DNA of 55,506 nucleotides, the filler included, from Sphacelaria rigidula (Eukaryota): the NCBI GenBank assembly GCA_964200075.2. It is 6 parts of 6 records of this genome, joined end to end, with 100 filler letters (N's around TTAATTAATTAA, not from the genome) between each part and the next. Parts side by side here need not be neighbours in the genome. Positions count along the whole stretch, not along the records: positions 1 to 9,168 come from CAXNAA020009137.1; positions 9,269 to 18,436 come from CAXNAA020009138.1; 4 more parts are not named here. One strand, written 5' to 3'. The notes below the pieces were generated by a model. The model was not told the origin of the DNA. It ran no database searches and was given only the letters and a program-made list of their open reading frames with translations. Both the position numbers and the translations under genes were made by a program. Positions within the stretch are counted from its first letter, which is position 1; every line of letters starts with the position of its first letter. Positions 1 to 12,430 of this stretch are shown here, piece after piece.

Positions 1-2838
1 GCTGAAATCAGGACGCTCCTGCATCTCCCCGGATTTCTCCCCCCCCCCCCAAAACGGGGGAGATGCGGGAGTATCCCGATCTTAACAGAAAGGTTTTGAA
101 CCACAATTCAACGTCCACACAATCGGAGAATTGATCTCGTGAGCCCCCAACAAGCCAGAAAACATAGCCCAACGGAGTGGGGTTCGAAAGATCGAAAAAT
201 CAATCCGCGGGAGAAACTCGCCTCTACACCGGCTGAAATCCTCATACTTTTACAACTCGAGATTGGTTGCCAAATAACTGCGCTTCGAGCAACCAAAATG
301 AGAGAGGATCATGTAAAACCACATTTGATCCTCCTCTTTCGTCGTACTGCGCCGGAAAAAAAATGTGTATGAAATTTGACACCTCGGAGTGACTTGCTCT
401 ACAGTTGCGGCCCGGAGATAACACACGTCAATTTGGGGTTGGGGCTCAAAGTCAAATTTCGGGCGCAAACACCAGCATAAGTTGGCTTTTTCTGACGTTG
501 AATTTGCTTATATTCCGGACCGACAGGATCCTGCTGATTTTCTGAAATTGTCGTCTTCTTATATCCTCGATGTACTGCCTCCACCTTTTCCTCGTTTCGC
601 GCAAATTACAATTCAAAGTAAGGTAGGTGGTATATTTTATGATTGGTTGTAGAGGTCATGCTCTACAATCGAAATAGCCGGTGGCGACTTCTATGCTTCC
701 GGATTATGCCGCAAAACGGGAGATCAGGCTATCTCAACCATGATCATGCCGGCATTGTGGTCGTATGCTAATTCGGGCAGACAAGACTAATTTTCAAAGA
801 AATTACGCCGACACTAAGGACTCCGGCCTAGCGGTCGCACAAAGCACAGTCCCAACCGGCATCGATCGCGTCGCATGAAACAGCCGTAAGTCAAGAACGT
901 ATGCCGCTCTCACAAAAAGTACAGTTTAGCAGGGGAGGGGGGGGGGGGGTACTCATTTGTTGCTTGCCTTAGTCGTTTTACCATTGACCACGCATCCCTT
1001 TAGAGACGGAGCACGGGAGGGGGGGTCGACATATAGAGGGTACGTTTCTTACTTGGGAAGGGGCTCCTCAGTCACCAAATTTTGTATTTATCATCCCTAT
1101 TATAGGCTTTGATCCGCGCTGTTTGTTATTTTCATGTTTCTTATTCTCGTGCCGAGTTGGAGGTGTGTTCCTTAGTCCATTTTCCTTACTTTCCGTGAAA
1201 GGCCCAGCCTATTTTCCTCAGTAATGTTTTGTTAATTTCGGGCCGCAACGGCAGTAGCCGAACCCGTCCCAGCTGACCGACGCGTTTCCCGGTCGCCGCA
1301 ATTATTTTGTGGCCAAACACGCAATATTGTCCAAGAACGGTGAAAAACGGTGGAATATCAAAATAAACGGTGATCCTTATCTGTACTTGGCCGTCTGTGG
1401 AGAAAAAAAAATGTTTGGTCAAAACCTTCGGCCGCCGGAAAACACAGATATGTCGTCCACCTGCCTCGACGAATATAGCAAGTCCTTTCGATGTGTCGAA
1501 CTCTCTTTGACCCCTTCGTACAACGCTAAACGACGGGAAAGGGCCAAAAAACGCAGTGTTACAGGAACTTTGTTGTGTTTTCCACCAGGAGCGACCTTCT
1601 TCCCATCCGCCTTGTCAGGGCGCACACCCCGGCGATCAGCTACTGAACGTTCAAGGAGGGGGTGTTATCCACCGTCAGACCCAAGACAATTCTCAGATTC
1701 TGTTCTGCAGGGGCAACCCCGTCTGAGCGACAGACCGTCGCTCACGGTAACGCGATCACCCCGCGCGGCGATATGATCGCACATTATAATCTAACAGCAT
1801 CTATTCGTGTGCAACTCGCTGTTGCCGCAATCACGGGCATGCGATGGGACAACGTCATGTCCTTGAAGATCACTCGACAACACGCTGCATGTTGCCGACT
1901 CTGCTCCTTGCGAGAGGCCGTGTTGCACAAAAACTTTGGACGTAAAACATGCATTGCGGAATAAAGGCCGGTGTCTTTACTACAGCACGGGCCGTGCAAG
2001 AAGTTGCGGCGTACGATTTGCGTTGTCATGTGCTCCGTCACATGAGCACAACCGCACATGCTATGAGGAGGTGGTATCGTTTACCAATATGCATCTAGGA
2101 ACACTTCAGTACAGACAGTCTGTACGGTACCGTACTCACTTCAGTATACGTAATAATCACGGAGCAGTGTTGCGACACACGACAGAGACCTCTCGACTCC
2201 GGGCCGTCGTCACCGCGCAGTACTTACTCACGGGCAAATCAGTACCGTATTGTGGGCGCATATGACTATAGCATGGCGTCATGTCCCATGGTATTATACA
2301 GTGCGCCCCACCGCAGCGAACACACTGCTCCCTTTAAATGCGCCCACTCCCTACCACACGACACCTACGCTGCACCAGACCGTAAATACGGTGCAGGGGC
2401 GGACCACAGGCCATCAAAGCACGGAGTCATCGTGCTCGTGCTCGCGCACTTCCATGCCCGACAAAAAATGGTTCCTATCTACGCAGCGACATACCTGCTT
2501 GCGCGCCCCGTCGAGATATGCTTCTGAGCTGCTCTGTGCCGCCAGTTCTCCGCGCCGATGTCGAGACCTCTCCTCCATGGACGTCTGTGCCTACTCAGGC
2601 TACGATGTTTTCAAGTCTTGGAGCATGACTGTCTACTAGTATTGCCGTAGATGATAAATTAAAGTTCTGTACATTGCCTCCATAACATTGAAAAGGAATA
2701 ACACTGCAAAAATTGATGTTTGGGGAATTAATTTTCGTGAGAGCGGAGGGACATTTGCGTGAGAATCCGAAGAGGAACATGACATGGTTGGAAGGAGTGG
2801 GCTGTTCAGCTCTTCATGGGGCAGACAGTTGGGATCCG

Positions 2839-4351
2839 GTCACTAGCAGTAGCCACGCGTGGGAGACAGATACACTGCACGTGCACAGCTCCCCCAGAGA
2901 GGGGCGCACAGCTATTTTTCCCTGAACCTCGCCGAGTAAGGAAGTATGGACCCATCGGCGGGTAGTACGTACCAGCGCTGTCCAGCACAGTGGCCATCAC
3001 CTATGGTGCGTGGGTGTTGTCGCACGGTCGAAACGCGGACCGTTTACGATGAAGAGCAGCAGCAGCAGCATCGGTACGAGCTGATTCAAAACCGTACACA
3101 TCTACTGGCAATAAAGATGATGCTGCTGCTTCTTCTCGTGCGGAAGGTGGTCCGCGTCTTGACGTGCGACGATACCCATCCACCTGGCGCGTTATTTCCT
3201 CCTCCCCACATGAAATCGATTATGATCTGTTTGCGTGTAGTTACCCTTTATCGTATCAGTATACTGTTGTAGCATTTCAGTACAACTACATTCCACTTGT
3301 TTTCTCCTGTATTGAACGCTGACTATATGCTTTGAACGCCGTCACCAGCAGTAGCCACGCGTGCGAGACACAGCCGATGTGTACAGCTCGCACAGAGAGA
3401 TGCACACAGCTGAATCTTCTAGCACTTGGCGTGGTGACGGAACATTGACTTATCAGCAGGCAGTACGGACCAGCGCTTTCCGGCATGGTAGCTATCGCGC
3501 CAGGTGTGTGGGCGTTGTAGCACGATTGAAACCCTAACTGTCTCTCGCATGAGGGAAAATGGCAGCAGCAGCAGTCGGCAGGAGCAGCAGCAGCAGCAGC
3601 AGCATCAGCACCGGCTGATTCAGACCCACCCCTGACCGTATACATTTACTGGCAATGAAGATACTGCTGCTGCTGCTGCTGCTGCTGCTTCTTGTGCGGG
3701 AGGCGGTCCGCGTGTCGACGTGCGGCGATACCCGTGACCTGGCGCGTTATTGCCCCCCTACAAAATTATTCAAAGTAGACTACGATCTGTTTGCGTGTTA
3801 TTACCCCGATACAAACAACAGTAGTAGCATTTTCAGTACGAGTACATATCACTTGTTTTCCCCTGTAGTGGACGCTGGCTTCATTCCCATCAGCAGCAGC
3901 ACGCACGCGAGCGAGGCATACCCGAAGTGCACAGCTCGCACACAGAGATGCGCGCAGCTATATCTCCCAACACTCAGCCTAGTGAGCAAGCATAGACCTA
4001 TCGACGGGTAGTACGGACCAGCGCTTTCCAGCACCGTGGATATCACGTGCAAGGTGCGTGGGGGTTGTAGCACGATCGAAACGCGGACCGTTTCTCTCAT
4101 GAGTAACAACGGCAGCAGCAGCAGCAGCAGCAGTATCGGCACCGGCTAATTTAGGCCTACCCCCGGCCGCGTACATGTACTCGTGATGACGATGCTGCTG
4201 ATACCACTGCTGTTTCTTCTTCTCGTGCGGAAGGCGGATCGCGTTTTGACCTGCGACAATACCCATACCCCCTTGCGCGTGATTGCCGCCCTCCTTGAAG
4301 TCGCTGGTGTGTTCGCGTGCTCTTGTACCGGTCCTGTATCACTTGTTTCCC
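2839..4351. repeat. Tandem array of ~3 units (~500-550 bp), each containing a long hairpin with (CAG)n and (CTG)n arms
   Basis: Units start near 2839 (gtcactagcagtagccacgcgtg), 3341 (gtcaccagcagtagccacgcgtg) and ~3889. Internal inverted arms lie at 3005-3184, 3496-3746 and 4042-4283. Confidence 0.85.
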
Positions 4352-4620
4352 ACCCAAGCACACTCGACAAGAACTGTGCGTGATCTCTGTGATGAAGTTG
4401 TGAACCATCACTTCACCATCACTATTACAAGATGATTACCATTTTCCTTGTTCCGTTAAAACACCGCCTTACCTTGGTCTGTCTCACAGTACAACAGTGC
4501 AGTATGAATATGGGAAAACATGCAGGGTATGGTAGTATTTACAAAGTACGACATAACTAACAAACAAAAGAGCACAAAGTAGACCACTAGATGTTGTCTG
4601 TTCCGGGTGTCACACTCTCC

Positions 4621-5220
4621 CTACCTTGAGCTCCACGTCCGCCTGGGTGCACGCGTGGACGCGCTTTTCAAATCATGATTCTTGATTGATCGGAGGAATT
4701 TCTTTCGTTCGAGAAAAAGGGGTGATGAGATGTCGATATCAGCGAACTCCGCTACAATATTATTTGTAGAGCTGGGTCCAGGCGATTTTTGAGGTTTTCG
4801 ATCGACAGAAGCAAGTGAAATTCGTAAAGCGGTACTTGGTTTTTTGCGAACAGTGTGTCTGTGCGTGTCTCGCACAAGAGGATGTGAACGAAAAGCAGGC
4901 AACGTGCAGTACAGACAGCGCGAGACTATATGTTCTTTCTGCTTGAAATACCATGCGACGTGAAGAGGACTCGGACAACGAGCAGTCGTTCACATTTTTA
5001 AAAACACATAAGAACACGAAACACGAGAGTGGAAGTTTGAACCCTTGCTCCTTAAAAGCCTGAAGCCTGTCGGCCTGTCTGGTGACGAGTCACGACACAT
5101 GGAGCACTTGCGGGCAGCTGATTACAGGAGGCGCATACAAAATTATCGCAACTTAACGCGCGTTTCAAGCATATCAAGCCTTTTACAACAATGAAAGAGA
5201 AGAGCTTACTTAAGCCAGGG
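4621..5220 (-). mobile_element. Fragment of the same hAT family as 50552-51817: subterminal region plus a possible degenerate transposase 5' part
   Basis: 5056-5170 (agcctgaagcctgtcggcctgtctggtgacgagtcacgacacatggagcacttgcg...tatcgcaactt) aligns by eye with 51585-51670 inside the hAT element. Adjacent minus-strand frameshifted ORFs 4621-4902 and 4760-5017 include a C/H-containing stretch that may be a BED-like finger (inference). Confidence 0.45.
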
Positions 5221-6537
5221 GATAGCGCGGCATTTTTTTTGGGCATGTTTCCCCCCCCCCCTCCGCCGGGAGGACATTTTTGCGAAGATTGTCGTGATTT
5301 TTTTCGCCGACTTCGTTGGAAGGAATTGATCAACAAAGAGTGTTTTGATTCTTATAAGTTGACATTGTTGCAAGAAATTGACATGAACATCGATAAAAAC
5401 CGAGCAGTCTGGTGGTCTTTGCGTGGTTCGTATATCTGCTTTAACTTATTTCGCCCGCTTTGTCACGATTGTAATGCGTAAGAGGAAAGCGTGCTCGGGG
5501 GACCGCGTCGAAGTTCGAAACACCTCATAATCGACGCTTTTCAAAACCAATCGGCCCAGTCACTGCAGGGACCACGTCCCTGACCCTCACCACGTAACAC
5601 GAACCCCAACCACAACCATAGGGGTGTTCAAATTCCGATCCGGTCGTCTAAGCACGCGGTCCTCTCACCACGCATAACACCGATGACCTGAGATTCCGGA
5701 CGGCATTTTTTCGGAAGTTGTCCTGATTTGTTTTGCTATCAATTTCGTTGCAAGCGTTTGATGAATAAAGACTGACAAAAATCCAAACGTCTGGTTGGCT
5801 TCTCGGGGTTTATGTAAAGTTTGCTTCTGCTACTTACCCTGTCTGTGGTTATATCTCAAGTGCGTCCGTTGAAGACGGCGGGATGGTCGGGGAACTCTAC
5901 TGTGAGGGGTCGAGTTCGATACCCCAGCCCTCTTTCGCAGCGTATGCGATCGCAGCGCTCTCTTTCGCGATCAGTGCTACGATCAGGATGCATCGGGCCG
6001 TCACCTTTGCAGAGCACATCCCGCGCTCAAGAAGAAACTCTGAAAATCACTCATCTTCCTTTGCAGGTTTCGAGAGTGACCTCGGAAAGCACTTGAAAAA
6101 AATTCGAACGCCGTCATGTATCAGCGGCGTTGAGATGCATGCAGCGTCAGAATTGGGAGAGCGTCGCTGGAACTCACGATTTCTCGATATTGACGACGTA
6201 TATTCCATGGTCGAACGTATCGAAAGAAACGGAATAAAGTGATCTATGGTCGGTAGAAAGTCGTCGAACAGCTCGGACACTTTTCGGGGTCCAACACCCC
6301 CCCCACCCCCATTATTGGCGTCCCTAACGACGATGCTTTCTTTTATCTTAATAGTGGTTATTACGGTTAGCCGTGCGGTTGGTGGTCCCTCTTTGCTCAT
6401 CCTCATCAATTACGGTTACTGCCGGACTCCTTTTTATATTTTCGCCATGACGTTCAAACCTTCACCCGTGCAAGACCCGTCGCTGATACGTTCGGCACTG
6501 CTGCCACGCGCGTCAGCCGTGCCTTACCACTAGTATC

Positions 6538-6915
6538 GTATTAATCGTCAAGGGGAAGGTGCCCATCTGCTCATGAATCTGGGCCATTTTTTTCTCGTTT
6601 ATCAAACCCCATGTCTAGTGATTCCTATACCGAGCGGAGATAGCGTCCACACTGAAATCTGTATGAAACCGCGAACGATGGATTAAGCGGATAATGACGA
6701 TTTTTGTTGACCTTCCCTGGAGCAGGGGCAGACGACGAATGCCCTCACCTTCACTTAATTCGTCACTATCTCGAGATATGGCGCACATAGGTTTCCATAT
6801 TACAATCAGTATTTTACAAGCAGAGGCACTACTAGATGACCGGAATGTGGATATCGCGTCTCAGTTTTCGAGAGCTGTGCTATGAAATTTGGTAAGGAGG
6901 ACCGCCAGTGCATAA
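6538..6915 (+). repeat. Dispersed repeat family copy (non-autonomous TE)
   Basis: Aligns by eye with 15211-15712 (tatctcgagatat...ggatatcgcgtctcagtttt...tatgaaattt). Confidence 0.7.
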
Positions 6916-7699
6916 CGAGATCGAGGGGCCCCATGTCGGGAAATCCATGCACCACTGCTACCCCTCCTGCCCTACCCGCGTGGTCAATAGTCACATGACT
7001 AAGGCGGGCAACAAATGAGTGCCCCCCCCCCCCTACCCGCGGTTGAGAACGACGAAAATGCCAAATCAATTCGGGGGAAACCTAATTCTTCCTATTCCTC
7101 CACTAGTACACAAAATTGGACGATTCTTTACATATCTACGGGTTATTCTCAACGTAAACAGCCCAAAACCGAGGAGTTTTGGAGTGTAAGCTGTTCTCGG
7201 GGCGATCGGGAAGCAATTCTGCCGGGTGGTACATGACTTTTGAGTCGCGGCGATCACCGGATAATGAATATTGAGTCCCCCTGGCTTTTACAAAACCGGT
7301 TGTCACCGGCCTTGCACTATCGCGGTGATACAGCCGCCATGCTAAGGAGGGCGGTGTACGACGAACACTTCTGTACCGCAACTTCACGGCTGAAATGGAC
7401 ATGCAGTAAGTTTACTGTACGGTGGTACCGGCCGACACGAAAGTGTTTGAATACCATTGACGTGCACAATGTATGAGTTGCAGATAATGACGTACTTTGC
7501 CCGTGTTTGAGCAGACATCCGTGTTCATACAACGCGTGCATCTACATGTCGCAATTCACACTGCACTGCGACACAAGAGAGGGAAAGATCGCAAAGGGGA
7601 ATGTTATGGACGTGGTGTTGCGACAAAGAATCTTCAACGGCGAGGTTGCGGCAGTCGTGAAATGTCATTAACGTGATATTGATATTGTTATGCCCACAG

Positions 7700-7799
7700 A
7701 GGCAGATCTATGCAAACTCCCGGGTGCCAGGCGTGCGCGCCCACTTCACGTTCACCCCTCACAAGACCTCCAAGAACCTGCGGCACATTTCCAGCACCG
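7700..7799 (+). CDS. Isolated internal exon of an unknown host gene (RQIYANSRVPGVRAHFTFTPHKTSKNLRHISST)
   Basis: Acceptor gcccacag| and donor accg|gtaccc flank an open frame with strongly C/G-ending codons, unlike the surrounding TE DNA. Confidence 0.5.
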
Positions 7800-8139
7800 G
7801 TACCCCAAACGCTTTGATCTTCGCCCCTTGCTTCTGCGGGCATGTTCTCCTCTGCTTGCTTTGACTTACCCCGACCACCTACTGTTTTGGTAACAGCGAC
7901 GCAGGCCGACGTTACCGGCAAACACGTGCAGTGCAGCACAGCAACTATTATCGCCATCATCCAGCGATGAGGGGGCTACCCCACCCATAGAATCTTACCC
8001 CCCCTATCCTCCTTCAACCGCAGAATGAGGTCTGTGCGGCGAAAAAGGGGGTGGTGCATGGATCTCCCGACGTGAAGCCTCTCGACGATATGAAAAACAC
8101 AGCTTTCTCGTTTTTTTGTTCTTTACTTTTCCTTCCGTG

Positions 8140-8310
8140 TTTTGAGGGAAGTACTGAGAAGGAATGAAGAGTGCTGTTGGGCCTCGTCTCGATCTTTCAG
8201 CTAGAATCTGAGATTTGTGATATGAAATCTGGCATGGAGAATGACGGAGGTATACCGAGTTGAAAAACAGAAGTGGGCCTTCATCGCTTTGTAATTAGAG
8301 GTTATGTCGT
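8140..8310 (+). repeat. Dispersed repeat family copy
   Basis: Shares the gagaa...tgaa...tgtgat...gcatggagaa block with 14812-14970 and 15795-15950. Confidence 0.6.
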
Positions 8311-9168
8311 TCTCGTCAAGTATGGTCGTTACTATACTAAAACGCCCTCAATCAACGAAACATAATGATGAAAAATCAACGACACCCACTTTTCTTCGTT
8401 CATCATGACCTAGCGCGGTCCGGCACAAAGTTTCAACGAACAAACACCAAACGTGGACCGATAATCGGCCTGCAAAAGACTGTTTCCGCCGGCTCGGGTT
8501 CTCAAACGTAAATTCGGAATGTCCTTCGTCTTGGACTGATCGTTATGGGGACAATCCTCTGTCAAGGGGGAAATTTACAAAAGGGGATATTCTCTTCGTG
8601 AAGAAAGGCCCGTGAGAGGTTCAAGAAGCCACTTATGCATATTCTCTTTCCGGCCTGTTGAAAGGAGCGGGGGGAGTTTATCACGTGGGATGGTGAGAAC
8701 TTCGTCAGATGGAGGCTGGGCCAGCCTACAAGCGGATTTGTAGTTTGCAGGCGAATTCGCAATTATTTTTTTCGAGTTGGAAAGCAGAAGTTGGCGGGGA
8801 CAATCAACAGGGCATGAAGGAAAGCTGCCTGTGAGGTCTCGGAGTTTTTCTTTCATTTTTGTAATGAGCTAAGGGCATTTTTATAAAACTCAAAACCGTG
8901 TATTGGCTACTTTTTTTGCAGCCGTTCCGCGGCATGGTTCTAACACATTTTGGATCGGACAAATTTAGGAACCTTCACCTATGGGACAGAAGATGTTTTG
9001 GGTTAATGGTGGTTCCAATCCCGCCCTGAAAATGACAGTTCGTGAACGGGACAATTTCAACAAATCTGTGGAGTCGTACAGGTAGGGCTGTGATTGGAGA
9101 AGGTGCGCACAACACCGTCGAAAGGGGGGGCTTTCATTTCGGACGGACGACGAGGGGAGGGCGGGGGG

Positions 9169-9268
9169 NNNNNNNNNNNNNNNNNNNNNNNNNNNNNNNN
9201 NNNNNNNNNNNNTTAATTAATTAANNNNNNNNNNNNNNNNNNNNNNNNNNNNNNNNNNNNNNNNNNNN
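9169..9268. other. Artificial contig-join spacer (44 N + TTAATTAATTAA + 44 N)
   Basis: Directly visible; the linker places stop codons in all six frames. Confidence 0.99.
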
Positions 9269-9314
<46 letters not shown>

Positions 9315-9460
9315 CGGCGGCGACGGGAGCGGCCGCTAGACGGGGGTTATGGGCGGAGACAGGAGCGGGGACGGGCACGGAGACGGGAGCGGCGGCGGGC
9401 GCAATGGCAGCGGGGCAGGGGGGGGGGCACGGGAACGGGGGCGGCGACGGCGGCCGCGGT
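9269..9460 (+). repeat. Poly-G tract followed by a degenerate G-rich GACGGGAGCGG minisatellite
   Basis: About 45 G followed by repeated gacgggagcgg/gacgggc motifs. Confidence 0.75.
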
Positions 9461-10249
9461 GCGGCTGGAGGGTGTATAACTCTACGATTTCTGCGTCCGA
9501 TGCTTCAGAGACAAGGCTGAATAGACCTCGTGAGTTTACCAGAGCACTTTACAATTTTGCGCGCGCTCTGCTTGTACTACGCTATTGGCGCCATTCGCAC
9601 TTAAAAGCCGCTTGCCTTGTCCAGCTGAAAAATATACACCACGAGTCGACTTTTGGTTCGCCCAGAGAAGCCGTAAACCGTCGTCCAAGAAGCTGTACGC
9701 AAAACAATCGGTTCGGAATCGCCTCGAGTTCATTTATTCACCGTGTTTATGAACGTTCCGTATTTTTTGTGCTCCTTGGCACTCGATACCGTTTCGCCGA
9801 TATGGGCAGGCAGGGGGGAAGGGGGTGCAGTATCATTTACGACGTTGTTGGGACAAAAAAACAGCTTGGTTTGACTTGGATATTTCATTGCGATAAAACC
9901 TTCAACACGACCGTCTAGGTTTGACCTGGACGTTCTTCTGCAAAATACCGTTGTTGGCGACGTATTTGTAACACAACAACTGAAACGACAACAAGAAAAA
10001 CAAGTGCGGGATTCATTCATCATCTCCGCCCACAAATTCGCCCACCATGAGTGTCGTTTTATTGTATTTGCCTCGGAAATCCCGAAACCACTGGCTGGTG
10101 ACTCGCGTTTCGTTGCCTTTCACGCTGCAGTCGCTACAATTTGGGGAAGAGCGATCCACGAGCATGCACACAAGCGAGGGGTTTGTGCAACGTCTCCGAC
10201 TCCAAGGGAATAATTGCCTGCCAGTAATCTTCTCGTTGTGACCCCACCC

Positions 10250-10618
10250 ATGGTATAGTAGTTAACCTTTTCAAAAAAAAGAGACAAAGCTGATCGAGAT
10301 AATTTCAGAAGGATAGCACTACTGAGCACGGTAGGGAACAGATTCCGCATGATTCTGAACGATAGAGTAGGAACGATGGTCGAAAAGGAAGAAAATAACT
10401 GCAAGGGGAAAGCAGCTTTGAGACCAAACCGTAGTTGCGTAGACCATGGACACACACTAGGTAACATTATTCAGGGTAGAAAGACGCCGGGCTGTTTTTT
10501 TCTGTACGTACAAAAGGCTTATGACACAGCATGGAAAAATGGACTGTAAAAACGTTGTGGGAAACTGGGATCAGACGAAACATGTGAAGAATGCTGAAGA
10601 TGACAGAATGTAGCAGGA
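10250..10618 (+). mobile_element. Degenerate LINE reverse transcriptase fragment
   Basis: Translates across frameshifts to KADRDNFRRIALLSTVG...ILNDRVGTM...ALRPNRSCVDH...CFFLYVQKAYDTAWKNGL, matching non-LTR RT motifs (NYRxIxLL, GFRxxRSCxD, FLDxxKAYD). Confidence 0.9.
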
Positions 10619-10820
10619 TCACCTCAATTCCCCTAAATTGTTTCTTCACCTAGGACCCCAATATTCTGGTCACGGAAATCCAAGTCTACATAGCGTGTAG
10701 TAGTTATCAATACCTACGAGTAGGTGAAGGAATGGAACAATGTTTCCAAGATTGGGGTGGATACGAAGATTTCATTCTCCGGGTCCTCACCCTCAATTTA
10801 AAGCGCTATCCTCAATTTCG
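10617..10820 (+). repeat. Dispersed repeat family copy
   Basis: Aligns by eye with 47481-47686 (cacc-aggaccc...gcgtgtagtagtt...aagattt). Confidence 0.7.
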
Positions 10821-11914
10821 ATAAATGACTCTTGAATGTACACGTATTGTTGTACTGTATATACAGTGAATACAAGGAGCTGTGACTGCAATTTGTGTAT
10901 GTTGTTATTTTGTGTCTAAAACACCAGTATGAACAGCGTGGATTCGATTTTGAGGTTCAACCTTTGGGTGAGATCCAACTGACCATCGAAAGTTTATTTG
11001 TTTCGTCCAATAGGTTCGGGATTCGCTAGCGTTTTCGACCATGTAGCCCTAACCCAGAAGTTTCTGTACGGCAGCGCACACTGTTGCGCCGGCGACATCA
11101 CGGTATCTGAGAGAGACCCCAAGAGAAGTCCTGAAATGACGGATGGTTATCTTGGAGAGCAGTCGTTCATTGTAACGGGTCTAGAGCGCTCAAGCAAGGA
11201 AATTTCGATTTCGAACAGGGAACGATGTACCACGATACCCCTGAATACTATTCTACATGTTTCATTCCGAGCGATGTTTCCCAAATACCCTCACAGTTGT
11301 CACAAATCCTGTCTGAGGGGGAGGGTGCCAGCGCTTACCGTCGCTGGATCACACCCCGTTCGGGACCGTCAGGAGGGAGATTCAAACTACAGCTGCACAC
11401 GTGGACAGTAGCACCCTGTAGGACGTGCTGCACAGAGTTCTTCACAGTATTTTGTGAGAAACCCTGCGTTGCATTTGCAAAACGTAGTAACAAGGTTTTT
11501 GTGAGATTGAGAGTTGGGTGCGGATTGAGAGTGGCTTTGATCACTCGCTTTAACTTGGCCAATTTTTCATTCCGTGCGTACTTTTCGTCGTCTCATCACT
11601 GCCACGTGCTTACAGCTACACGTTGTTACCCTAATCAGGGGTACCGAGGGCCCCAGTGGCAAGCTACTACAAGGAGAATATTGAGCCTGGTGGAGGTGCA
11701 TTTCGGAACTGAAACGGCTTATTCACTAATTGACCACTTTCCACTCTCAATTGTACCTTCAACTCTCAATTTCACGAAAACGTTGTCTAGTACCTCTACC
11801 AGCATTCTGCATAGCGTTTTTGTCGAAACCCTGCAAGCAACCCTGTGGAGAGGCCTTCACAATTTTGAAACTTCCAAATTATTTTGGTATAAAATCTGTG
11901 ATTTTTTTGTTTTT

Positions 11915-12430
11915 GAATAGCTTCTCCTGCTGTCCGAGATATATCTTCTGTTTTCCCGAAATCGGGCAAAGAGGAATTTATCTCGGACAGCAGGAGAAGC
12001 TATTCAAAACAGATCATTTTTTCGCCGAATTTATTCAGGCAAAAAAATGATTTTTTTCGAACAGCAGAAGAAGCTACTCAAAATAGATCCCTTTTTCGCC
12101 CAGATAGATTGGGCAAAAAATAGATTTATTCCGAACAGCTTCTGCTGCACAAATCCCATGAACACAGGAAAGTCTGGAATTTGAACAGCAGAAGAAGCTC
12201 GAATTAGATCTTCGCCTTGCCCTCCACTTCATCCGGAAGTTGGGCAAAAAGAGATTTATCGCAAACAGCATCAATTGCGCAGATCCCACATACTGCACCG
12301 TTATTAGCGTATGGGATCCGAGACGCAGGAAAAACTGTTGAAAACAATTCATCCTCTTGCCCCCCAGTTCATGAACCAGTTGGGCGAAAGGATGAATTCT
12401 CATCAGCTTTTGCTGAATAGAGATCCCACA
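11915..12430. repeat. Degenerate cluster of short motifs (gaacagcagaagaagct, agatccc, gggcaaaaa) in both orientations
   Basis: Motifs recur at about 11985, 12060, 12184, 12110, 12242 and 12421. Confidence 0.6.

Noticed and set aside
2946..4411. PolyQ/polyL/polyA ORFs as proteins
   Set aside because: They arise from the CAG/CTG tracts of the hairpin units, and the frames are not conserved between units.
9213..9224. TTAATTAATTAA repeated five times at ~9.27-kb periodicity as a biological signal
   Set aside because: It is always embedded in 44+44 N and is a synthetic six-frame stop linker.
9349..10213. 189-aa ORF and neighbouring ORFs as genes
   Set aside because: The ORF begins in a G-rich minisatellite and has no coding bias or recognisable domain.
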